Assembly (NCBI GenBank): GCA_964035545.1
Contig: CAXIUT010000097.1
Span: forward strand, 248,001-312,000
Reading direction: 5' to 3'
DNA length: 64,000 nt
From: Bugula neritina
Lineage: Eukaryota; Animalia; Bryozoa
In this document: positions 47,001 to 63,398 of the stretch, one piece after another
How the letters are laid out: each line of letters opens with the position of its first letter
How positions within the stretch are numbered: the first letter of the stretch is position 1
The notes under the pieces: model-generated
Seen by the model: only the letters and a program-made list of their open reading frames with translations
Told to the model about the DNA's origin: nothing
The model's database searches: none
Translations under genes and position numbers: made by a program

Positions 47001-48807
47001 CAAAATACTGAAATACACTGTAACATACTGAAGTATACTGCAACATACTGAAATACACTGCTACATACTGAAATATACTGCAAGACACAGCAACATACTG
47101 CAACATACTAAAATACACTGTAACATATTGGAATACATTGCAACACATTGAAATATACTGCAAAATACTGAAATACACTGCTACATACTGAAATATACTG
47201 CGACACACCGCAACATACCGCAACGTACTAAAATACACTGTAACATTTTGAAATAGACTGCAACACATTGAAATATACTGCAATGTACCGAAATATATGG
47301 TAAACTACTGAAATATACTGTCACACATGGAAAAACACTGCAACATACTGAAATATACTGCGACACATTGCAATATACTGTAACGTACTGAAATATGCTG
47401 TAGCACATTGAAATACACTGCAACTCACTGAAATATACTGCAACATACTGAAATACACTGTGACATATTGAAATATACTGCAACATACTGAAATACACTG
47501 CTACATACTAAAATATACTGCAACATACTGCAACATAGTGAAATACACTGTAACATACTGAAATACACTGCAACATACTACAACATATTGAAATACACTG
47601 CAACACATTGAAATATACTGCATTATACCTAAATATACTGTGATATACCAAAATATACTGTAACACATTTAAAAATACTGCAACATACTGAAAGACACTG
47701 CAACACACTGAAATACACTGCAAAATACTGTAACACACTGAAATATACTGCAACACACTGCAACATACTGCAACATACTAAAATATACTGCAACATACTG
47801 AAATACACTGCAAAATATTCAAATACACTGTAACATATTGAAATATACTGCAACATACTGAAATACAGTGCTACATACTGAAATATACTGCAACATGCTG
47901 CAACATAGTGAAATACACTGCAACATACTGCAAGATAGTGAAATACACTGTAACATACTGAAATACACCGCAAAATACTACAACATATTGAAATGCACTG
48001 TAACATATTGAAATACACTGCAACACATTGAAATATACTGCAACATACCTAAATATACGGTAATATACCAAAATATACTGTAACACATTGAAAAATACTG
48101 CAACATACTGAAATACACTGCAACACACCGAAAAACACTGAAAATACTGTAACACACTGAAATATACTGCAAAATACTGAAATATACTGCAAAATACTGA
48201 AATACACTGCTACATACTGAAATATTCTGCAACACACTGCAACATACTGCAACATACTAAAGTATACTGCAACATACTGAAATACACTGCAAAATACTGA
48301 AATACACTATAACATACTGAAATATACTTCAACATACTGAAATATACTGCTACATACTGAAATATACTGCAACACACTGCAACATACTGCAACATACTAG
48401 AATACACTGTAACATAATGAAATACACTGCAACACATTGAGATATACTGCAAAATACTGAAATACACTGCTATATACTGAAATACACTGCAACACACTAC
48501 AACATACTGCAACATGCTAAAAGCTGCAACATACTGAAATACACTGCTACATACTGAAGTATACTGCAAAACACAGCAACATACTGCAACATACTAAAAT
48601 ATACTGCAACATACTAGAATACACTGTAACATAATGAAATACACTGCAACACATTGAAATATACTGCAAAATACTGAAATACACTGCTATATACTGAAAT
48701 ATACTGCAACACACTACAACATACTGCAACATGCTAAAATACACTGTAACATATTGGAATACATTGCAACACATTGAAATATACTGCAAAATACTGAAAT
48801 ACACTGC
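38033..48807. repeat. 5385-bp tandem direct duplication (38033-43422 repeated at 43418-48807)
   Basis: ORF offsets 38305->43690, 39287->44672, 40786->46171, 42825->48210 and 43162->48547 are 5385. Shared rare variants include GGTAAGCT, ACATGCCGC and CATGGAAAAAC. Only isolated differences were seen (near 42287 and 45496). Confidence 0.92.
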
Positions 48808-51800
48808 TACATACTGAAATATACTGCGACACACCGCAACATACCGCAACGTACTAAAATACACTGTAACATATTGAAATAGACTGCAACACATTGAAAT
48901 ATACTGCAAAATACTGAAATACACTGCTACATACTGAAATATACTGCAACACACTGCAACATACTGCAACATACTAAAATATACTGCAACATACTGAAAT
49001 ACACTGCAGAATACTGAAATACACTGTAACATACTGAAATATACTGCAAAATACTGAAATACACCGCTACATACTGAAATATACTGCAACACACTGCGAC
49101 ATACTGCAACATACTAAAATACACTGTAACATATTGAAATACACTGCAACACATTGAAATATACTGCAATGTACCGAAATATATGGTAAACTACTGAAAT
49201 ATACTGCAACACACTACAACATACTGCAACATGCTAAAATATACTGCAACATACTGAAATACACTGCAAAATACTGAAATACACTGTAACATACTGAAGT
49301 ATACTGCAACATACTGAAATACACTGCTACATACTGAAATATACTGCAACACACAGCAACATACTGCAACATACTAAAATACACTGTAACATATTGGAAT
49401 ACACTGCAACACATTGAAATATACTGCAAAATACTGAAATACACTGCTACATACTGAAGTTTACTGCGACACACTGCAACATACTGCAACATACTAAAAT
49501 GCACTGTAACATAGTGAAATAAACTGCAACACATTGAAATATACTGCAAAATACTGAAATACACTGCTATATACTGAAATACACTGCAACACACTACAAC
49601 ATACTGCAACATGCTAAAATATACTGCAACATACTGAAATACACTGCAAAATACTGAAATACACTGTAACATACTGAAGTATACTGCAACATACTGAAAT
49701 ACACTGCTACATACTGAAATTTACTGCGACACACCGCAACATACCGCAACGTACTAAAATACACTGTAACATATTGGAATAGACTGCAACACATTGAAAT
49801 ATACTGCAAAGTACTGAAATACACTGCTACATACTGAAATATACTGCAACACACTGCAACATACTGCAACATACTAAAATATACTGCAGCATACTGAAAT
49901 ACACTGCAGAATACTGAAATACACTGTAACATACTGAAATATACTGCAAAATACTGAAATACACTGCTACATACTGAAATATACTGCAACACACTGCGAC
50001 ATACTGCAACATACTAAAATACACTGTAACATATTGAAATACACTGCAACACATTGAAATATACTGCAATGTACCGAAATATATGGTAAACTACTGAAAT
50101 ATACTGTCACATATTGAAAAAAACTGCAACATACTGAAATATACTGCGACACATTGCAATATACTGTAACATACTGAAAGATGCTGTAGCACACTGAAAT
50201 ACACTGCAACTCACTGAAATATACTGCAACATACTGAAATACACTGTAACATATTGAAATATACTGCAACATACTGAAATACAGTGCTACATACTGAAAT
50301 TTACTGCAACGTACTGCAACATAGTGAAATACACTGCAACATACTGCAAGATAGTGAAATACACTGTAACATACTGAAATACACCGCAAAATACTACAAC
50401 ATATTGAAATGCACTGTAACATATTGAAATACACTGCAACACATTGAAATATACTGCAACATACCTAAATATACGGTAATATACCAAAATATACTGTAAC
50501 ACATTGAAAAATACTGCAACATACTGAAATACACTGAAACACACCGAAAAACACTGCAAAATACTGTAACACACTGAAATATACTGCAACGCACTGCAAC
50601 ATACTGCAACATACTAGAATACACTGTAACATATTGAAATATACTGCAACATACTGAAATACACTGCTACATACTGAAATATACTGCAACACACTGCAAC
50701 ATACTGCAACATACTGGAATACACTGTAACATAATGAAATACACTGCAACACCTTGAAATATACTGCAAAATACTGAAATACACTGCTATATACTGAAAT
50801 ATACTGCAACACACTACAACATACTGCAACATGCTAAAATCTACTGCAACATACTGAAATACCCTGCAAAATACTGAAACACACTGTAACATACTGAAAT
50901 ACACTGCTACATACTGAAATATACTGCAACACACTGCAACATACTGCAACATACTAAAATATACTGCAACATACTGAAATACACTGCAGAATACTGAAAT
51001 ACACTGTAACATACTGAAATATACTGCAAAATACTGAAATACACTGCCACATACTGAAATATACTGCAACACACTGCAACATACTGCAACATACTAAAAT
51101 ACACTGTAACATATTGAAATACACTGCAACACATTGAAATATACTGCAATGTACCGAAATATATGGTAAACTACTGAAATATACTGTCACACATTGAAAA
51201 ATACTGCAACATACTGAAATATACTGCGACACATTGCAATATACTGTAACATACTGAAATATGCTGTAGCACACTGAAATACACTGCAACATACTGAAAT
51301 ACACTGTAACATATTGAAATATACTGCAACACACTGCAATACAGTGCTACATACTGAAATATACTGCAACATACTGCAACATAGTGAAATTCACTGTAAC
51401 ATACTGAAAAACACTGCAACATACTACAACATATTAAAATACACTGCAACACATTGAAATATACTGCAACATACCTAAATATACGGTGATATACCAAAAT
51501 AAACTGTAACACATTTAAAAAGACTGCAACATACTGAAATACACTGCAACACTCTGAAATACACTGCAAAATACTGTAACACACTGAAATATACTGCAAC
51601 ACACTGCAACATACTGCAACATACTAGAATACACTGTAACATATTGAAATATACTGCAACATACTGAAATACACTGCTACATACTGAAATTTACTGCGAC
51701 ATACAGCAACATACTGCAACATACTAAAATACACTGTAACATATTGGAATACACTGCAACACATTGAAATATACTGCAAAATACTGAAATACACTGCTAC

Positions 51801-52137
51801 ATACTGAAATATACTGCAACACACTGCAACATACTGCAACATACTAAAGTATACTGCAACATACTGAAATACACTGCAGAATACTGAAATACACTGTAAC
51901 ATACTGAAATATACTGCAAAATACTGAAATACATTGCTACATACTGAAATATACTGCAACACACTGCGACATACTGCAACATACTAAAATGCACTGTAAC
52001 ATAGTGAAATAGACTGCAACACATTGAAATATACTGCAAAATACTGAAATACAGTGCTACATACTGAAATATACTGCAACATACTGCAACATAGTGAAAT
52101 AAACTGCAACATACTGCAAGATAGTGAAATACACTGT

Positions 52138-55100
52138 AACATACTGAAATACACTGCAGAATACTGAAATACACTGTAACATACTGAAATATACTGCAAA
52201 ATACTGAAATACACTGCTACATACTGAAATATACTGCAACACACTGCGGCATACTGCAACATACTAAAATACACTGTAACATATAGAAATACACTGCAAC
52301 ACATTGAAATATACTGCAATGTACCGAAATATATGGTAAACTACTGAAATATACTGTCACACATTGAAAAAAACTGCAAAATACTGAAATATACTGCGAC
52401 ACATTGCAATATACTGTAACATACTGAAATATGCTGTAGCACACTGAAATACACTGCAACTCACTGAAATATACTGCAACATACTGAAATACACTGTAAC
52501 ATATTGAAATATACTGCAACATACTGAAATACAGTGCTACATACTGAAATTTACTGCAACGTACTGCAACATAGTGAAATACACTGCAACATACTGCAAG
52601 ATAGTGAAATACACTGTAACATACTGAAATACACCGCAAAATACTACAACATATTGAAATGCACTGTAACATATTGAAATATACTGCAACATACTGAAAT
52701 ACAGTGCTACATACTGAAATTTACTGCAACGTACTGCAACATAGTGAAGTACACTGCAACATACTGCAAGATAGTGAAATACACTGTAACATACTGAAAT
52801 ACACCGCAAAATACTACAACATATTGAAATGCACTGTAACATATTGAAATACACTGCAACACATTGAAATATACTGCAACATACCTAAATATACGGTAAT
52901 ATACCAAAATATACTGTAACACATTGAAAAATACTGCAACATACTGAAATACACTGAAACACACCGAAAAACACTGAAAATACTGTAACACACTGAAATA
53001 TACTGCAAAATACTGAAATATACTGCAAAATACTGAAATACACTGCTACATACTGAAATATACTGCAACACACCGCAACATACTGCAACATACTAAAGTA
53101 TACTGCAACATACTGAAATACACTGCAAAATACTGAAATACACTATAACATACTGAAATATACTGCAACATACTGAAATATACTGCTACATACTGAAATA
53201 TACTGCAACACACTGCAACATACTGCAACATACTAGAATACACTGTAACATAATGAAATACACTGCAACACATTGAAATATACTGCAAAATACTGAAATA
53301 CACTGCTATATACTGAAATATACTGCAACACACTACAACATACTGCAACATGCTAAAATCTACTGCAACATACTGAAATACCCTGCAAAATACTGAAACA
53401 CACTGTAACATACTGAAATACACTGCTACATACTGAAATATACTGCAACACACTGCAACATACTGCAACATACTAAAATATACTGCAACATACTGAAATA
53501 CACTGCAGAATACTGAAATACACTGTAACATACTGAAATATACTGCAAAATACTGAAATACACTGCTACATACTGAAATATACTGCAACACACTGCGACA
53601 TACTGCAACATACTAAAATACACTGTAACATATTGAAATACACTGCAACACATTGAAATATACTGCAATGTACCGAAATATATGGTAAACTACTGAAATA
53701 TACTGTCACACATTTAAAAATACTGCAACATACTGAAATATACTGCGACACATTGCAACATACTGTAACGTACTGAAATATGCTGTAGCACATTGAAATA
53801 CACTGCAACTCACTGAAATATACTGCAACATACTGAAATACACTGTAACATATTGAAATATACTGCAACATACTGAAATACACTGCTACATACTAAAATA
53901 TACTGCAACATACTGCAACATAGTGAAATACACTGTAAGATACTGAAATACACTGCAACATACTACAACATATTGAAATACACTGCAACACATTGAAATA
54001 TACTGCATTATACCTAAATATACGGTGGTATACCAAAATATACTGTCACACATTGAAAAATACTGCAACATACTGAAATATACTGCGACACATTGCAATA
54101 TACTGTAACATACTGAAAAATGCTGTAGCACACTGAAATACACTGCAACATACTGAAATACACTGTAACATATTGAAATATACTGCAACATACTGAAATA
54201 CAGTGCTACATACTGAAATATACTGCAACATACTGCAACATAGTGAAATTCATTGTAACATACTGAAAAACACTGCAACATACTACAACATATTGAAATA
54301 CACTGCAACACATTGAAATATACTGCAACATACCTAAATATACGGTGACATACCAAAATAAACTGTAACACATTTAAAAATACTGCAACATACTGAAATA
54401 CACTGCAACATTCTGAAATACACTGCAAAATACTGTAACACACTGAAATATACTGCAACACACTGAAAAATACTGCAACATACTAGAATACACTGTAACA
54501 TATTGAAATATACTGCAAAATACTGAAATACACTGCTATATACTGAAATACACTGCAACACACTACAACATACTGCAACATGCTAAAATATACTGCAACA
54601 TACTGAAATACACTGCAAAATACTGAAATACACTGTAACATACTGAAGTATACTGCAACATACTGAAATACACTGCTACATACTGAAATATAGTGCAACA
54701 CACAGCAACATACTGCAACATACTAAAATACACTGTAACATATTGGAATACACTGCAACACATTGAAATATACTGCAAAATACTGAAATACACTGCTACA
54801 TACTGAAGTTTACTGCGACACACTGCAACATACTGCAACATACTAAAATGCACTGTAACATAGTGAAATAGACTGCAACACATTGAAATATACTGCAAAA
54901 TACTTAAATACACTGCTATATACTGAAATACACTGCAACACACTACAACATACTGCAACATGCTAAAATATACTGCAACATACTGAAATATACTGCAAAA
55001 TACTGAAATACACTGCCACATACTGAAATATACTGCAACACACTGCGACATACTGCAACATACTAAAATACACTGTAACATATTGAAATACACTGCAACA

Positions 55101-58100
55101 CATTGAAATATACCGCAATGTAACGAAATATATGGTAAACTACTGAAATATACTGTCACACATTTAAAAATACTGCAACATACTGAAATATACTGCGACA
55201 CATTGCAACATACTGTAACGTACTGAAATATGCTGTAGCACATTGAAATACACTGCAACTCACTGAAGTATACTGCAACATACTGAAATACACTGTAACA
55301 TATTGAAATATACTGCAACATACTGAAATACACTGCTACATACTAAAATATACTGCAACATACTGCAACCTAGTGAAATACACTGTAAGATACTGAAATA
55401 CACTGCAACATACTACAACATATTGAAATACACTGCAACACATTGAAATATACTGCATTATACCTAAATATACGGTGGTATACCAAAATATACTGTCACA
55501 CATTGAAAAATACTGAAACATACTGAAATATACTGCGACACATTGCAATATACTGTAACATACTGAAAAATGCTGTAGCACACTGAAATACACTGCAACA
55601 TACCGAAATACACTGTAACATATTGAAATATACTGCAACATACTGAAATACAGTGCTACATACTGAAATATACTGCAACATACTGCAACATAGTGAAATT
55701 CACTGTAACATACTGAAAAACACTGCAACATACTACAACATATTGAAATACACTGCAACACATTGAAATATACTGCAACATACCTAAATATACGGTGACA
55801 TACCAAAATAAACTGTAACACATTTAAAAATACTGCAACATACTGAAATACACTGCAACATTCTGAAATACACTGCAAAATACTGTAACACACTGAAATA
55901 TACTGCAACACACTGCAACATACTGCAACATACTAGAATACACTGTAACATATTGAAATATACTGGAACATACTGAAATACACTGCTACATACTGAAATT
56001 TACTGCGACACACTGCAACATACTGCAACATACTAAAATGCACTGTAACATAGTGAAATAGACTGCAACACATTGAAATATACTGCAAAATACTGAAATA
56101 CACTGCTATATACTGAAATACACTGCAACACACTACAACATACTGCAACATGCTAAAATATACTGCAACATACTGAAATACACTGCAAAATACTGAAATA
56201 CACTGTAACATACTGAAGTATACTGCAACATACTGAAATACACTGCTACATACTGAAATATACTGCAACACACAGCAACATACTGCAACATACTAAAATA
56301 CACTGTAACATATTGGAATACATTGCAACACATTGAAATATACTGCAAAATACTGAAATACACTGCTACATACTGAAATATACTGCGACACACCGCAACA
56401 TACCGCAACGTACTAAAATACACTGTAACATATTGAAATAGACTGCAACACATTGAAATATACTGCAAAATACTGAAATACACTGCTACATACTGAAATA
56501 TACTGCAACACACTGCAACATACTGCAACATACTAAAATATACTGCAACATACTGAAATACACTGCAGAATACCGAAATACACTGTAACATACTGAAATA
56601 TACTGCAAAATACCGAAATACACCGCTACATACTGAAATATACTGCAACACACTGCGACATACTGCAACATACTAAAATACACTGTAACATATTGAAATA
56701 CACTGCAACACATTGAAATATACTGCAAAATACTGAAATACACTGCTATATACTGAAATATACTGCAACACACTACAACATACTGCAACATGCTAAAATC
56801 TACTGCAACATACTGAAATACCCTGCAAAATACTGAAACACACTGTAACATACTGAAATACACTGCTACATACTGAAATATACTGCAACACACTGCAACA
56901 TACTGCAACATACTAAAATATACTGCAACATACTGAAATACACTGCAGAATACTGAAATACACTGTAACATACTGAAATATACTGCAAAATACTGAAATA
57001 CACTGCCACATACTGAAATATACTGCAACACACTGCGACATACTGCAACATACTAAAATACACTGTAACATATTGAAATACACTGCAACACATTGAAATA
57101 TACTGCAATGTACCGAAATATATGGTAAACTACTGAAATATACTGTCACACATTTAAAAATACTGCAACATACTGAAATATACTGCGACACATTGCAACA
57201 TACTGTAACGTACTGAAATATGCTGTAGCACATTGAAATACACTGCAACTCACTGAAATATACTGCAACATACTGAAATACACTGTAACATATTGAAATA
57301 TACTGCAACATACTGAAATACACTGCTACATACTAAAATTTACTGCAACATACTGCAACATAGTGAAATACACTGTAAGATACTGAAATACACTGCAACA
57401 TACTACAACATATTGAAATACACTGCAACACATTGAAATATACTGCATTATACCTAAATATACGGTGGTATACCAAAATATACTGTCACACATTGAAAAA
57501 TACTGAAACATACTGAAATATACTGCGACACATTGCAATATACTGTAACATACTGAAAAATGCTGTAGCACACTGAAATACACTGTTACATACTGAAATT
57601 TACTGCGACATACAGCAACATACTAAAATACACTGTAACATATTGAAATACACTGCAACACATTGAAATATACTGCAATGTTCCAAAATATATGGTAAAC
57701 TACTGAAATATACTGTCACACATTGAAAAATACTGCAACATACTGAAATATACTGCGACACATTGCAATATACTGTAACATACTGAATTATGCTGTAGCA
57801 CACTGAAATACACTGCAACATACTGAAGTACACTGTAACATAATGAAATATACTGCAACATACTGAAATACAGTGCTACATACTGAAATATACTGCAACA
57901 TACTGCAACATAGTGAAATTCACTGTAACATACTGAAAAACACTGCAACATACTACAACATATTGAAATACACTGCAACACATTGAAATATACTGCAACA
58001 TACCTAAATATACGGTGATATACCAAAATAAACTGTAACACATTTAAAAAGACTGCAACATACTGAAATACACTGCAACACTCTGAAATACACTGCAAAA

Positions 58101-61100
58101 TACTGTAACACACTGAAATATACTGCAACACACTGCAACATACTGCAACATACTAGAATACACTGTAACATATTGAAATATACTGCAACATACTGAAATT
58201 CCCTGCTACATGCTGAAATTTACTGCGACATACAGCAACATACTGCAACATACTAAAATACACTGTAACATATTGGAATACACTGCAACACATTGAAATA
58301 TACTTCAAAATACTGAAATACACTGCTACATACTGAAGTTTACTGCGACACACTGCAACATACTGCAACATACTGAAATGCACTGTAACATAGTGAAATA
58401 GACTGCAACACATTGAAATATACTGCAAAATACTGAAATACACTGCTATATACTGAAATACACTGCAACACACTACAACATACTGCAACATGCTAAAATA
58501 TACTGCAACATACTGAAATACACTGCAAAATACTGAAATACACTGTAACATACTGAAGTATACTGCAACATACTGAAATACACTGCTACATACTGAAATT
58601 TACTGCGACACACCGCAACATACCGCAACGTACTAAAATACACTGTAACATATTGGAATAGACTGCAACACATTGAAATATACTGCAAAATACTGAAATA
58701 CACTGCTACATACTGAAATATACTGCAACACACTGCAACATACTGCAACATACTAAAATATACTGCAACATACTGAAATACACTGCAGAATACTGAAATA
58801 CACTGTAACATACTGAAATATACTGCAAAATACTGAAATACACTGCTACATACTGAAATATACTGCAACACACTGCGACATACTGCAACATACTAAAATA
58901 CACTGTAACATATAGAAATACACTGCAACACATTGAAATATACTGCAATGTACCGAAATATATGGTAAACTACTGAAATATACTGTCACACATTGAAAAA
59001 AACTGCAAAATACTGAAATATACTGCGACACATTGCAATATACTGTAACATACTGAAATATGCTGTAGCACACTGAAATACACTGCAACTCACTGAAATA
59101 TACTGCAACATACTGAAATACACTGTAACATATTGAAATATACTGTAACATACTGAAATACAGTGCTACATACTGAAATTTACTGCAACGTACTGCAACA
59201 TAGTGAAATACACTGCAACATACTGCAAGATAGTGAAATACACTGTAACATACTGAAATACACCGCAAAATACTGCAACATATTGAAATGCACTGTAACA
59301 TATTGAAATATACTGCAACATACTGAAATACAGTGCTACATACTGAAATTTACTGCAACGTACTGCAACATAGTGAAATACACTGCAACATACTGCAAGA
59401 TAGTGAAATACACTGTAACATACTGAAATACACCGCAAAATACTACAACATATTGAAATGCACTGTAACATATTGAAATACACTGCAACACATTGAAATA
59501 TACTGCAACATACCTAAATATACGGTAATATACCAAAATATACTGTAACACATTGAAAAATACTGCAACATACTGAAATACACTGAAACACACCGAAAAA
59601 CACTGAAAATACTGTAACACACTGAAATATACTGCAAAATACTGAAATATACTGCAAAATACTGAAATACACTGCTACATACTGAAATATACTGCAACAC
59701 ACCGCAACATACTGCAACATACTAAAGTATACTGCAACATACTGAAATACACTGCAAAATACTGAAATACACTATAACATACTGAAATATACTGCAACAT
59801 ACTGAATGATACTGCTACATACTGAAATATACTGCAACACACTGCAACATACTGCAACATACTAGAATACACTGTAACATAATGAAATACACTGCAACAC
59901 ATTGAAATATACTGCAAAATACTGAAATACACTGCTATATACTGAAATATACTGCAACACACTACAACATACTGCAACATGCTAAAATCTACTGCAACAT
60001 ACTGAAATACCCTGCAAAATACTGAAACACACTGTAACATACTGAAATACACTGCTACATACTGAAATATACTGCAACACACTGCAACATACTGCAACAT
60101 ACTAAAATATACTGCAACATACTGAAATACACTGCAGAATACTGAAATACACTGTAACATACTGAAATATACTGCAAAATACTGAAATACACTGCTACAT
60201 ACTGAAATATACTGCAACACACTGCGACATACTGCAACATACTAAAATACACTGTAACATATTGAAATACACTGCAACACATTGAAATATACTGCAATGT
60301 ACCGAAATATATGGTAAACTACTGAAATATACTGTCACACATTTAAAAATACTGCAACATACTGAAATATACTGCGACACATTGCAACATACTGTAACGT
60401 ACTGAAATATGCTGTAGCACATTGAAATACACTGCAACTCACTGAAATATACTGCAACATACTGAAATACACTGTAACATATTGAAATATACTGCAACAT
60501 ACTGAAATACACTGCTACATACTAAAATATACTGCAACATACTGCAACATAGTGAAATACACTGTAAGATACTGAAATACACTGCAACATACTACAACAT
60601 ATTGAAATACACTGCAACACATTGAAATATACTGCATTATACCTAAATATACGGTGGTATACCAAAATATACTGTCACACATTGAAAAATACTGCAACAT
60701 ACTAAAATATACTGCGACACATTGCAATATACTGTAACATACTGAAAAATGCTGTAGCACACTGAAATACACTGCAACATACTGAAATACACTGTAACAT
60801 ATTGAAATATACTGCAACATACTGAAATACAGTGCTACATACTGAAATATACTGCAACATACTGCAACATAGTGAAATTCACTGTAACATACTGAAAAAC
60901 ACTGCAACATACTACAACATATTGAAGTACACTGCAACACATTGAAATATACTGCAACATACCTAAATATACGGTGACATACCAAAATAAACTGTAACAC
61001 ATTTAAAAATACTGCAACATACTGAAATACACTGCAACATTCTGAAATACACTGCAAAATACTGTAACACACTGAAATATACTGCAACACACTGCAACAT

Positions 61101-63398
61101 ACTGCAACATACTAGAATACACTGTAACATATTGAAATATACTGCAAAATACTGAAATACACTGCTATATACTGAAATACACTGCAACACACTACAACAT
61201 ACTGCAACATGCTAAAATATACTGCAACATACTGAAATACACTGCAAAATACTGAAATACACTGTAACATACTGAAGTATACTGCAACATACTGAAATAC
61301 ACTGCTACATACTGAAATATAGTGCAACACACAGCAACATACTGCAACATACTAAAATACACTGTAACATATTGGAATACACTGCAACACATTGAAATAT
61401 ACTGCAAAATACTGAAATACACTGCTACATACTGAAGTTTACTGCGACACACTGCAACATACTGCAACATACTAAAATGCACTGTAACATAGTGAAATAG
61501 ACTGCAACACATTGAAATATACTGCAAAATACTTAAATACACTGCTATATACTGAAATACACTGCAACACACTACAACATACTGCAACATGCTAAAATAT
61601 ACTGCAACATACTGAAATATACTGCAAAATACTGAAATACACTGCCACATACTGAAATATACTGCAACACACTGCGACATACTGCAACATACTAAAATAC
61701 ACTGTAACATATTGAAATACACTGCAACACATTGAAATATACTGCAATGTAACGAAATATATGGTAAACTACTGAAATATACTGTCACACATTTAAAAAT
61801 ACTGCAACATACTGAAATATACTGCGACACATTGCAACATACTGTAACGTACTGAAATATGCTGTAGCACATTGAAATACACTGCAACTCACTGAAGTAT
61901 ACTGCAACATACTGAAATACACTGTAACATATTGAAATATACTGCAACATACTGAAATACACTGCTACATACTAAAATATACTGCAACATACTGCAACAT
62001 AGTGAAATACACTGTAAGATACTGAAATACACTGCAACATACTACAACATATTGAAATACACTGCAACACATTGAAATATACTGCATTATACCTAAATAT
62101 ACGGTGGTATACCAAAATATACTGTCACACATTGAAAAATACTGAAACATACTGAAATATACTGCGACACATTGCAATATACTGTAACATACTGAAAAAT
62201 GCTGTAGCACACTGAAATACACTGCAACATACCGAAATACACTGTAACATATTGAAATATACTGCAACATACTGAAATACAGTGCTACATACTGAAATAT
62301 ACTGCAACATACTGCAACATAGTGAAATTCACTGTAACATACTGAAAAACACTGCAACATACTACAACATATTGAAATACACTGCAACACATTGAAATAT
62401 ACTGCAACATACCTAAATATACGGTGACATACCAAAATAAACTGTGACACATTTAAAAATACTGCAACATACTGAAATACACTGCAACATTCTGAAATAC
62501 ACTGCAAAATACTGTAACACACTGAAATATACTGCAACACACTGCAACATACTGCAACATACTAGAATACACTGTAACATATTGAAATATACTGGAACAT
62601 ACTGAAATACACTGCTACATACTGAAATTTACTGCGACACACTGCAACATACTGCAACATACTAAAATGCACTGTAACATAGTGAAATAGACTGCAACAC
62701 ATTGAAATATACTGCAAAATACTGAAATACACTGCTATATACTGAAATACACTGCAACACACTACAACATACTGCAACATGCTAAAATATACTGCAACAT
62801 ACTGAAATACACTGCAAAATACTGAAATACACTGTAACATACTGAAGTATACTGCAACATACTGAAATACACTGCTACATACTGAAATATACTGCAACAC
62901 ACAGCAACATACTGCAACATACTAAAATACACTGTAACATATTGGAATACATTGCAACACATTGAAATATACTGCAAAATACTGAAATACACTGCTACAT
63001 ACTGAAATATACTGCGACACACCGCAACATACCGCAACGTACTAAAATACACTGTAACATATTGAAATAGACTGCAACACATTGAAATATACTGCAAAAT
63101 ACTGAAATACACTGCTATATACTGAAATATACTGCAACACACTACAACATACTGCAACATGCTAAAATCTACTGCAACATACTGAAATACCCTGCAAAAT
63201 ACTGAAACACACTGTAACATACTGAAATACACTGCTACATACTGAAATATACTGCAACACACTGCAACATACTGCAACATACTAAAATATACTGCAACAT
63301 ACTGAAATACACTGCAGAATACTGAAATACACTGTAACATACTGAAATATACTGCAAAATACTGAAATACACTGCCACATACTGAAATATACTGCAAC
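52138..63398. repeat. ~4.9-kb direct duplication at offset 6629, then 6369 (52138-57030 and 58767-63398)
   Basis: ORF offsets 52217->58846, 53046->59675, 54563->61192 and 56133->62762 are 6629; 56866->63235 is 6369, a 260-bp difference. Confidence 0.88.
52492..52851. repeat. Local 170-bp tandem duplication (also at ~59121-59480)
   Basis: ORF offsets 52537->52707 and 59166->59336 are 170; the AGTGCTAC...ACCGCAAAAT...GAAATGCACT block appears twice in a row. Confidence 0.87.
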
